Shown: in pieces, positions 7,957 to 14,920 of the stretch | Layout of the letters: each line of letters opens with the position of its first letter | Position numbering within the stretch: position 1 is the first letter of the stretch | NCBI RefSeq assembly: GCF_000025685.1 | Contig: NC_013967.1 | Coordinates: 1,050,001 to 1,082,000, forward strand | DNA: 32,000 nucleotides | Source of the DNA: Haloferax volcanii DS2 | GTDB lineage: Archaea > Halobacteriota > Halobacteria > Halobacteriales > Haloferacaceae | Reading direction: 5' to 3' | Notes under the pieces: model-generated | Told to the model about the DNA's origin: nothing | Database searches by the model: none | What the model saw: the letters and a program-made list of their open reading frames with translations, nothing else | Made by a program: the position numbers and the translations under genes

Positions 7957-10900
7957 CTACGCTCCCTCGCCGGAGTCGGAGCCGCGCTCGCCCGCGTCGT
8001 CCGGGGGGTCGTCGGCATCGACCGCCTCGAATCCGCCCCACGTCTCGTCTTCGTGGCCGCCCTCGTCGTTTCGGCCCGGTTCGTCGTCCTGGTCCGCGGT
8101 CGACCCCGACTCCGACCCCGGTTCCGCTCCCGACTCCGATCCCCCCTCGATACCGAACGCGCCGAAGAAGTCGTCGAGGTCTGCGCCGTCGTTGGGGTCG
8201 GAAAACGAGACGCCGTCGTCGTTGAACCCGAACGGGCCGTCGTCGTCTCCGAAACCGCCCGGTTCGTCGTCGGCGTCGGTGTCGTCAGAGGCGGTGTCGT
8301 CGGTGTCGCCCTCGTCGGCGTCGCGTCCCGCGTCCAGCGCCGGCGTCTCGCTCTCGCCGTCGAGCGACGAGGGGCCGCGGTCGCCGTCGATTTCGGGCGT
8401 GTCGTCGCCCGCGTCCAGTTCGGCTCGGTCGCGCCCCTCGTCGAGTTCTGGGTCGCCGCTCGACGCGTCGAGCGAGTCGAGTTCGTCCCGCTCGCCGGGG
8501 GTCGCCTCCACGTCCGGGGCGTCGCGCATGTGGTTGAGCGCCTCCGCGACCTCGCCCACGTCGCGGTCGCGGTAGTCGGGGAACAGTTCGTCTTCGGCCC
8601 GGCGGAGGATATCCTTCGCCAACTGCCGGACGTGTTCGGGCGGGTCGGGCCGGGGGACCATCGCCTCGCTGTCGGGGTCGATGTTGATGTGGACCGATTC
8701 CATCTCCCGGAGGTCTTCGAGGCTGCGTTCGAGGTCGTCGGTCGCCATCAGCCCGAGGATGGTGTCCTGGTCGTTGATGAACGCCTGAAACGTCGCTGCG
8801 ACCTGCGTGTAGGTGTTGAGCCCGCGGTCGATGAGGTACGCGAGGGTGACCTGTCGCTTGAATATCTCCAGTTCGACCGTCTCCTGATTCCAGCCGCGGT
8901 CGAACTTTATCTCTTCGAGCGTGTTCGACGAGCCCATCTGGAGGAACTCGTCGGTCTCGGCCTGCCACTGGTAGACGTCTTGGACGTTAATCTCGTCGTT
9001 TTCGGGGTCGTAGTGGTTGATTTCGGTGAGCGATTTGTTCCGGCGCACCTTGTTGCCGCCGACCCGCGTCGAGGTCTGGATGGACACGAGGTCGAGGGCG
9101 GTGAACATCGTCTTCGAGACGTTGATGGGCGCGGTCGTAAACCGCTTGAGCACCTCCCCGACCGAGTCCGCGTGGAACGTCGTGTACGTGGTGTGACCCG
9201 TGGACATGACCTGAAACAGCGTCCGCCCCTCCTCGCCGCGAATCTCGCCCATGACGATGTAGTCGGGGCGCTGGCGGAGGGCGGCTTCGAGCAGGTCGAA
9301 CTCGTCCACGTCGCCTTTGTCGTCGTCCGCGAACGACGGCCGGGTGACGGAGGCAATCCAGTTTCGCTGGGGCAGTTCGACCTCGCGGGTGTCCTCGATG
9401 GAGACGATTTTCGTGTTCGACGGGATGAAAAGCGAGACCGCGTTGAGCGAGGTGGTCTTCCCCGATGCCGTGCCGCCGGCGAAGATGAGACTCTTGTCGT
9501 TTTCGATGCAGAGCCAGAGGAACGCCATCCCCTCCAGCGAGAACGTCGACCAGTTGATGAGGTCGATTGGCGTGAAGGGAACGTCCTTGAACTGGCGGAT
9601 GGTGTAGTTCGTCCCGTGGTCCGACACCTCGCGGCCGAGCGTGAGCTGTGCGCGTGACCCGTCGGGGAGCGTCGCGTCCACCTGCGGGCGTCGCTTCGAG
9701 ATGCCTTTCCCGGAGCGCTGGGCGAGTTTCACGACGAAGTCGTCGAGTTCGCCTTCGCCGTGGTAGATGTTCGAGATAATCTGCTCGTAGTCGGAGTGGT
9801 AGACGAACACCGGCGAGTTGTAGCCGTCGCAGGAGATGTCCTCGACGTTGATGTCGTGTTTGATGCCGTCGATGCGCTCGTAGCCGATGAAGTCGCGGCG
9901 GAGGTAGTACTGGAGCTTCCGCACCTGGTAGTCGTTCAGGACGTCGGCGTCGTCGGCGAGGACCGCGGACTCGGGTCGGGCCGCGATGCCGTCGATGCCG
10001 CCGAGCGGTTCGTCCTCGTCGGCGGTTCGTGCGCGACCGCCGAAGACTGAGTTCAGCCCCAACCGAGAACCGAGACCGACGAACCGCCCGGAGGTCGCGG
10101 CGGTCGTCGAACCGTCGGCCGACGAGCCGTTGCCGCCGTCGAAGAGACCGCCCAGCCCGAGCCGGGACGCGAGGCCCGACGACTCCGCCGCGCCGTCAGC
10201 GTCAGCGGCCGCGTCGGCGGTCGAACCGTCGTCTCCGGCCGCCGCGGACGCCGACGCCGGCGGGTCGTAGAGGTCGTACCGCGAGAGCAGTTCGTAGGTC
10301 TCGGCCTCGATGACCCGCCCGCGGTTGTCGCGGCCGCCCTCGACGACGCTGTCGTCGCCGTACTTGATGGCGGTCCGAAGCTTGTTGGTGAGGAACTCCG
10401 TCAGGTCGTCTTCGATGCGGTTCAGGTGCGGTTCGACGACGTAGTACTTCTTTTCGTTCTCCTTGACGGAGTGGAAGATGATGACGAACGCGTAGGGTTT
10501 GTTCACCCAGTACCGTTCGACCTCGCGGAAGTGCGTCTTCTTCTCCATCGGGACGGCCTTTTCGAGGTCGTAGCGGTTCGCCAGCGTGGTCGTGCCGTCG
10601 ACGCTGGAGAAAAACGCGTCCTCGTCGAACTCGGGGTCGACGTCGACCGTTCGCTCGTCGACGACAGCGGCCAGTTCCTCGGCGCGCTGGCCGGCCCGCG
10701 CGACCGCGTTCTCGATGTGGTCGGGGTCGAAGCCCAGCGCCGCCTCGCCGTCGAAGGGGACGATTTCGCTCGCCGAATCCCGCGGCCGAGCGCCGTCGTC
10801 CTCGTAGTAGTACTCGCGTTTGTAGTGTTCCCACAGCCAGACGCCCTTGACGACGGGCGTCGTCTCGGGGTCGCAGAAGGCTTCGAACTGCTCATTGAGG

Positions 10901-11259
10901 TTCTTCGCGTGCGCGCCGCGGTCGCCCACGAACGCCGCCACGTCGACCGGGTGACAGTCGAGATACTCCTCGGGGTCGAGGCCGACGCGGTCCCAGTCGG
11001 CCCGGGTCGGCGTCGACGCCGACCCGTCGTCGTCTTCCCACCGGGACGTACCGGGCGCGTCGCGTTGCGTCCGCGGGTCGCTCCCGTAGAGGGATTCGAC
11101 ATCGCCGTCGCTCCCGTACTCGTCGAGAAAGTCGGCCCACGTGTACGACCCGACGCGCGCGTTCGACGCCTGCTTCGGAGCGGCGTCACTCTCCGCCGGC
11201 GACGTCACATCGCCGGATAACGCCTGTTGGTCTCCTCCGTCGGCGTCGTCGGTTGCCAT
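7957..11259 (-). CDS. Giant (1100 aa) PilB/FlaI/VirB11-type secretion ATPase with N-terminal extension, internal low-complexity insert and acidic C-terminal tail
   Basis: Walker A GGTASGKTT is encoded at 9451-9477, and Walker B / Asp-box at RQRPDYIVMGEIRGEEG. The archaeal FlaI-like N-domain motifs EVERYWVNKPYAFVIIF...KKYYVVEPHL and YYLRRDFIGYERIDGIKHDINVEDISCDG are present. ATG at 11259 (MATDDADGG) is preferred to the TTG at 11301 used by the ORF track. Confidence 0.85.
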   Translation of the reverse strand: MATDDADGGDQQALSGDVTSPAESDAAPKQASNARVGSYTWADFLDEYGSDGDVESLYGSDPRTQRDAPGTSRWEDDDGSASTPTRADWDRVGLDPEEYLDCHPVDVAAFVGDRGAHAKNLNEQFEAFCDPETTPVVKGVWLWEHYKREYYYEDDGARPRDSASEIVPFDGEAALGFDPDHIENAVARAGQRAEELAAVVDERTVDVDPEFDEDAFFSSVDGTTTLANRYDLEKAVPMEKKTHFREVERYWVNKPYAFVIIFHSVKENEKKYYVVEPHLNRIEDDLTEFLTNKLRTAIKYGDDSVVEGGRDNRGRVIEAETYELLSRYDLYDPPASASAAAGDDGSTADAAADADGAAESSGLASRLGLGGLFDGGNGSSADGSTTAATSGRFVGLGSRLGLNSVFGGRARTADEDEPLGGIDGIAARPESAVLADDADVLNDYQVRKLQYYLRRDFIGYERIDGIKHDINVEDISCDGYNSPVFVYHSDYEQIISNIYHGEGELDDFVVKLAQRSGKGISKRRPQVDATLPDGSRAQLTLGREVSDHGTNYTIRQFKDVPFTPIDLINWSTFSLEGMAFLWLCIENDKSLIFAGGTASGKTTSLNAVSLFIPSNTKIVSIEDTREVELPQRNWIASVTRPSFADDDKGDVDEFDLLEAALRQRPDYIVMGEIRGEEGRTLFQVMSTGHTTYTTFHADSVGEVLKRFTTAPINVSKTMFTALDLVSIQTSTRVGGNKVRRNKSLTEINHYDPENDEINVQDVYQWQAETDEFLQMGSSNTLEEIKFDRGWNQETVELEIFKRQVTLAYLIDRGLNTYTQVAATFQAFINDQDTILGLMATDDLERSLEDLREMESVHINIDPDSEAMVPRPDPPEHVRQLAKDILRRAEDELFPDYRDRDVGEVAEALNHMRDAPDVEATPGERDELDSLDASSGDPELDEGRDRAELDAGDDTPEIDGDRGPSSLDGESETPALDAGRDADEGDTDDTASDDTDADDEPGGFGDDDGPFGFNDDGVSFSDPNDGADLDDFFGAFGIEGGSESGAEPGSESGSTADQDDEPGRNDEGGHEDETWGGFEAVDADDPPDDAGERGSDSGEGA

Positions 11260-11280
11260 TGTCACCGGGTATTCGGGCCG

Positions 11281-11360
11281 ATGGAAAAGTCTTTTTCCCA
11301 ATTAACTCACAATTTAAGTTCTATTTAAGTTCTATTTTTATACTCATTTATCTATAGTCG
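11281..11360 (-). promoter_or_regulatory. AT-rich promoter region of the pilus-like operon
   Basis: 20 G+C in 80 nt (25 %) within an otherwise GC-rich window, immediately upstream of the ATPase start. On the minus strand it carries several TATA-like stretches (TATAAAAATA, TTAATTGG). Confidence 0.55.
11312..11338. repeat. 11-bp tandem repeat atttaagttct x2 plus a partial third copy
   Basis: Exact copies at 11312-11322 and 11323-11333, followed by atttt at 11334-11338. Confidence 0.9.
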
Positions 11361-11492
11361 GTCTCGACTCCCCGGCCGAGCGCACCGTTAAAGTAGGGAT
11401 TTATCTCCAGCAGGGTCGGCGTATGGCGTGAGTCCCGCGAGCGAAGCGAGTGGAACGCAGGAACGCCCGCTGAACGAACGCAGTGAGAGAAG

Positions 11493-11565
11493 CGGGCGTG
11501 ACGGGATTCGAACCCGCGATCGAGAGGTTAGGAACCTCTCGCCCTGTCCACTAGGCCACACGCCC
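11493..11565 (-). tRNA. tRNA-Arg (anticodon CCT), no encoded CCA, no intron
   Basis: The reverse complement GGGCGTG-TG-GCCT-AGTGGACA-GGGC-G-AGAGG-TTCCTAA-CCTCT-CGATC-GCGGG-TTCGAAT-CCCGT-CACGCCC folds as a cloverleaf. It has a 7-bp acceptor stem, a T-loop TTCGAAT and an anticodon loop TT-CCT-AA. The discriminator base is at 11493. Confidence 0.9.
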
Positions 11566-11591
11566 CACGGCGCTGTCTCTCAGGATCGGTC

Positions 11592-11597
11592 AAAAAT
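11592..11597 (-). promoter_or_regulatory. TATA-like box for the tRNA-Arg gene
   Basis: ATTTTT on the minus strand lies 27-32 nt upstream of the mature tRNA 5' end, the usual archaeal TATA spacing. Confidence 0.4.
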
Positions 11598-11643
11598 CGC
11601 GTGGTTCGCGCTGGGCGGACAGAAGAGAGACAGTGAGCTGTGG

Positions 11644-11919
11644 TCAGTTCGACGATTCCGTCGAAACCGAGTCGGTCGAAACCGAGTCGGCGGAACTCTC
11701 GCTGGTCGCGTCGTCTTCGTCGTCGTCGCCCGTCATGTCCTGCAGTTCGTCTTCGATCTCTTCGCGGCCGCGCTGGAACTCGCCGATGGCCTGCCCGGAG
11801 GACCGAGCGAGCTTCGGAATCTTGTTCGCGCCGAACAGCAAGACGACGATGAGCAGCACGACGAGCAGCTCGGGCCCGCCCGGGAGTCCCGGGAACAGTG
11901 GGGTGATGGTCTCGAACAT
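11644..11919 (-). CDS. tatA: Twin-arginine translocase subunit TatA/E family protein (91 aa)
   Basis: MFETITPLFPGLPGGPELLVVLLIVVLLFGANKIPKLARSSGQAIGEFQRG is the canonical TatA TM helix, hinge (FG) and amphipathic helix, followed by an acidic tail. A TATA-like ctataatt on the minus strand (11943-11950) sits about 25-30 nt upstream of the ATG. Confidence 0.9.
   Translation of the reverse strand: MFETITPLFPGLPGGPELLVVLLIVVLLFGANKIPKLARSSGQAIGEFQRGREEIEDELQDMTGDDDEDDATSESSADSVSTDSVSTESSN
11661..11690. repeat. Perfect 15-bp tandem duplication inside the tatA 3' end
   Basis: tcgaaaccgagtcgg occurs at 11661-11675 and again at 11676-11690. It encodes the doubled DSVST in the TatA tail. Confidence 0.9.
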
Positions 11920-12112
11920 CTATTTCTGCGTTACCTAGTGGCAATTATAGGCTTTTTGCCTTCTACGGGTTCTGGAAAGACGGAATATCGGCGCGTCGGG
12001 ACGCCCGCATCCGCCGAATCGACACGTCTCGGCGCGTCACTCCTACGAAAAGCTTGTGGCCGGTGTGTCGAGCGCAGTCGGTCGGCCGCTGCGGGGGCGG
12101 CCAGCGAGCCCG

Positions 12113-12145
12113 CCGTCGGCGGTTCCCCTGAATTTCCGCCGACGG
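12113..12145. promoter_or_regulatory. 10-bp perfect inverted repeat upstream of the peroxiredoxin gene (candidate operator)
   Basis: ccgtcggcgg (12113-12122) and ccgccgacgg (12136-12145) are exact reverse complements separated by 13 nt. An AT-rich gaaataatg follows at 12147-12155, about 28 nt before the ATG at 12179. Confidence 0.4.
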
Positions 12146-12178
12146 TGAAATAATGTGGGCGGAGTCGAACACCCTCGT

Positions 12179-12679
12179 ATGGTATCAGTCGGCGACGCCG
12201 CCCCGGACTTCACCGCACCGCTCACCGACATCGACGGCGACATCGAGTCGTTCACGCTCTCCGAGAATCTCGACGACGCGCCCATCGTCCTCGCGTTCTT
12301 CCCCGCGGCCTTCACCGGGACGTGCACCACCGAGATGTGCACGTTCCGCGACCAGATGGCGAACTTCGAGGACGTCGGCGCGACGGTGTACGGTATCAGC
12401 ATCGACACGCCGTTCACGCTGACGGAGTTCGCCGAGCAGAACGGCCTCAACTTCGGCCTCATCAGCGACACGAACCGCGAACTCGTCGACGCCTACGACG
12501 TGGCGATGGACTTCGCGGACCTCGGCGTCAACCGCGTGGCGAAGCGCGCGGTGTTCGTCGTGGACGGCGACGGCGAGGTCACCTACGCGTGGGTCAGCGA
12601 CGACCCCGGCGTCGAACCCGACTACGAGGCCGTCGAGGCCGCCGCTGGGAAACTCGAAGCGCCGAGCGAGGCCGCGTAG
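12179..12679 (+). CDS. Peroxiredoxin (AhpC/TSA / redoxin family)
   Basis: MVSVGDAAPDFTAP...PIVLAFFPAAFTGTCTTEMCTF contains the peroxidatic-Cys motif FPxAFTxxCTxE. The ATG at 12179 is preferred to the upstream alternative start of the track ORF. Confidence 0.85.
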   Translation: MVSVGDAAPDFTAPLTDIDGDIESFTLSENLDDAPIVLAFFPAAFTGTCTTEMCTFRDQMANFEDVGATVYGISIDTPFTLTEFAEQNGLNFGLISDTNRELVDAYDVAMDFADLGVNRVAKRAVFVVDGDGEVTYAWVSDDPGVEPDYEAVEAAAGKLEAPSEAA

Positions 12680-12760
12680 AGCCGCGGTACTGCGTAACGC
12701 GGTAGCGCACCTGATTCGGAGCCCAAGTTCTTTTCTCTCCGTGCGACTACCTTGTGGGTC

Positions 12761-13573
12761 ATGAGCGATACCGAAGACACCCTGAACGGCGGCCGCGTCT
12801 ACGACCCCGAGGCGGACCACGCCTTCCCCGACGAGAAGCTCAACGAGGTGCTCCCCGTGCTCCTCGACGACGAGGAGGTGACGACGCTCCTCGAAGCGCA
12901 GAACGTCAACGCGGTGACGCGCAAGGGCTACAACGACCACGGCCCGAAGCACATCGAAATCGTTCTCAACCGCGCACTCCGGCTGTACGACCTACTCAAG
13001 GCCGGCGGCTGCGAGTTCAACGGCGCGGCCGAACAGGGGCTCGACGAGGCCGACGAGCCGGTCATCATCGCCCTCGCGGCGCAACTCCACGACATCGGCC
13101 ACATCGTCCACCGCGACAACCACGCCTACTACTCGATTCCGCTCGCGTCGGACGTGCTCGACCGCTTCCTCCCCGAGTTCTACGACCTCGCCGACGCGGT
13201 TCGCATCAAGGCCGAAGTCCTCCACGCCATCCTCTGTCACCACCGCGAGGAGGACCCGCTCACGCTCGAAGCCGGCGTCATCCGCGTCGCCGACGCGCTC
13301 GACATGGAGCGCGGCCGGTCGCGCATCCCATACGAGAAGGGAGGCCGCGGCATCAACACGCTCTCCAGTCGCGCCATCAAGGACGTCGTCCTCAAGCCCG
13401 GCGAGGAGTCGGCGGTCCTCGTCGAAATCGAGATGCTCAACGCCGCCGGCGTCTATCAGGTCGACAACCTCCTGAAGGCGAAACTCGACGGCTCGGGCCT
13501 CGAAGACCACGTCCGCATCGTCGCGGTCAACACGAAGTCCGACGACCGGCTCGTCGAGCGCATCGAACTCTAA
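12761..13573 (+). CDS. HD-domain metal-dependent phosphohydrolase
   Basis: H...HDIGH...(H)HRE...D signature: GPKHIEIV, LHDIGHIVHR, ILCHHRE, IRVADALD. The ATG at 12761 (MSDTED) is preferred to the TTG at 12752. Confidence 0.8.
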   Translation: MSDTEDTLNGGRVYDPEADHAFPDEKLNEVLPVLLDDEEVTTLLEAQNVNAVTRKGYNDHGPKHIEIVLNRALRLYDLLKAGGCEFNGAAEQGLDEADEPVIIALAAQLHDIGHIVHRDNHAYYSIPLASDVLDRFLPEFYDLADAVRIKAEVLHAILCHHREEDPLTLEAGVIRVADALDMERGRSRIPYEKGGRGINTLSSRAIKDVVLKPGEESAVLVEIEMLNAAGVYQVDNLLKAKLDGSGLEDHVRIVAVNTKSDDRLVERIEL

Positions 13574-13596
13574 CCGGCGCTGTCGAATCGGGTGTG

Positions 13597-13601
13597 AAAA
13601 A
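13597..13601 (-). terminator. T5 run downstream of the mscS-like gene (minus strand)
   Basis: A5 on the plus strand equals TTTTT on the minus strand, about 55 nt after the stop. Oligo-T tracts are the usual archaeal termination signal. Confidence 0.35.
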
Positions 13602-13655
13602 GGCGAGTCGGCGTGTGAACCGGGCGGGGCGGTCCCCCGCGGTCGGTCGTGTGCC

Positions 13656-14564
13656 TCAGTCGTTGGACTGCGCGAGGCGCTCTGCGCCGCCGACCGAGAG
13701 TTCACCGCTGAGGGTGCGGTTCGGGTAGGGGATGTCGATGCCCTCCTCGTCGAACCGCTCTTTGACGGCGGTAACGTACTCGCCGCGGGTCTTGACGAAG
13801 TCGGCGCGGCTGGGCTGGGAAATCCAGATGCGCGACTTGAGCGTGACCGACGAGTCGCCGAGTTCGGTCAGTCTGACCGACGGCTCGGGCGTCGTCATGA
13901 TTCCCTCGTGGTTTTCAGCCTCGTCGAGGATGATGTCGGTCGCCTGCTGGATGTCGTCGTCGTAGCCGATGCCGAACGGCACCTGCAAGCGGAGTTTGTC
14001 CTTCGCGACGGGGTTCTTGATGACGCCGTCGGTGAGCTGCGAGTTCGGCACAGTGAGCAGTTCGTTGTCGAAGGTACGAACGCGCGTCACGCGGAAGGAG
14101 ATGTCCTCGACGACGCCGGCGTTGCCGTCCCATTCAATCCAGTCGTTGATGCGGAACGGCTTGTCGGTGAAGATGAAGATGCCGGCGACGAAGTTGGCGA
14201 TGACGTCCTGCATGGCGAAGCCGATTGCGAGCGTCGCGGCCGCGCCGATGGTGGCGAGCGACTGCAGGATGTTGCCGAGGCCGGCGAACGCGAACCCAGC
14301 GCCGAGGGCGACGAACGCCACGACGAGGGTCGCGATTTTCATCAGGGGCTTTTTCGCGTGTTCGTCCGCGCCGCGCCGGTCGAGGACGCGGTTGAGCGCG
14401 GACGACACGACGGCCTTGCCGACGATGTAGACGACGGCGAAGCCGAGAACGAGACCCAAGAGCGTCCCGAGCGTCTCGGCGTACGGGACGTTCTGCTGGG
14501 TGAGAACCCGGCCGACAGCACCGCCGTCACCCTGCAGTTGGAGCGGGACTACAAGCTCGTTCAT
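13656..14564 (-). CDS. Small-conductance mechanosensitive channel (MscS family)
   Basis: N-terminal TM helices followed by FVAGIFIFTDKPFRINDWIEWDGNAGVVEDISFRVTRVRTFDNELLTVPNSQL, the MscS pore-helix / beta-domain signature. Confidence 0.85.
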   Translation of the reverse strand: MNELVVPLQLQGDGGAVGRVLTQQNVPYAETLGTLLGLVLGFAVVYIVGKAVVSSALNRVLDRRGADEHAKKPLMKIATLVVAFVALGAGFAFAGLGNILQSLATIGAAATLAIGFAMQDVIANFVAGIFIFTDKPFRINDWIEWDGNAGVVEDISFRVTRVRTFDNELLTVPNSQLTDGVIKNPVAKDKLRLQVPFGIGYDDDIQQATDIILDEAENHEGIMTTPEPSVRLTELGDSSVTLKSRIWISQPSRADFVKTRGEYVTAVKERFDEEGIDIPYPNRTLSGELSVGGAERLAQSND

Positions 14565-14809
14565 CGGTGGTAGACCGCTGTCTTCCCCCGTGTCTCTATC
14601 AGGTCCGCGTTCACGCGCTCCGCGAGATCAGCGGCGGCCTCGTCGACCGTCGTGCCCCCGAGCGCCGCCCGGAGGAACTTCGCTTTCACGAGGTTCCGGT
14701 CTGCCAGCTGGTCGTTGAGTTCGCCGACCACCGATTCGATGCCGCTCTTACCCACCCAGACGGTCACGTCGAGGTCGTGGGCCTCCTTCCGCAGCTCCTG
14801 CGTGTTCAT
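14561..14809 (-). CDS. YhbY/CRS1 (CRM-domain) RNA-binding protein, 82 aa
   Basis: LRKEAHDLDVTVWVGKSGIESVVGELNDQLADRNLVKAKF...GKTAVYHR aligns by eye with the YhbY pattern (GxxGlt..v..ei...L..heLiKvk...G.t.vlyR). Its TGA overlaps the mscS ATG as ATGA at 14561-14564. Confidence 0.75.
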   Translation of the reverse strand: MNTQELRKEAHDLDVTVWVGKSGIESVVGELNDQLADRNLVKAKFLRAALGGTTVDEAAADLAERVNADLIETRGKTAVYHR

Positions 14810-14920
14810 GTGTGGCCTCCACTATGTGCCAGAGGGCTTCAATAGTAAGGCTTTGGCGGCCGTTTGGTTGTCGTACACACGCGAGAAGGGGCCGATTCTA
14901 CCGAAATCGCCGTCGGGCGG

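Noticed and set aside
6271-9657. 1128-aa ORF on the plus strand, the longest in the track
   Set aside because: It runs antisense to the platform-protein and ATPase genes. Its product is a monotonous Arg/Gly/Val/Asp/Glu/Pro sequence with no motifs. The minus-strand genes carry Walker A/B and T2SS-F-like features. It is a typical high-GC shadow ORF.
11260-11301. TTG start at 11301 for the ATPase (ORF-track start)
   Set aside because: The TTG lies inside the AT-rich promoter island. The first ATG (11259, MATDDADGG) gives a normal acidic N-terminus. The choice remains unverified without TSS data.
11312-11338. Tandem repeats here and at 11661-11690 and 23614-23641 as possible CRISPR or minisatellite arrays
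   Set aside because: Each has only two to three copies, with no spacers of unique sequence and no cas genes. They are simple local duplications or candidate regulatory sites.
11440-11493. gaacg/gcgaagcg-rich stretch in the tRNA 3' flank, resembling motifs in 30400-30420
   Set aside because: The similarity is limited to short low-complexity words (agcgaagcg). That is not enough to claim a repeat family without a genome-wide search.
1-11565. Idea that the IS-to-tRNA segment (pilus-like cluster) is a tRNA-integrated genomic island
   Set aside because: No integrase gene is present, and I found no direct repeat of the tRNA-Arg 3' half further left. The only gggattcgaa-like match, near 16655 inside a GT gene, is too short to mean anything. 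The operon's base composition looks like the rest of the window. Only the promoter island is AT-rich.
11428-12153. 241-aa plus-strand ORF
   Set aside because: It reads straight through the tRNA-Arg gene in antisense and through tatA in antisense. No start context or motif supports it.
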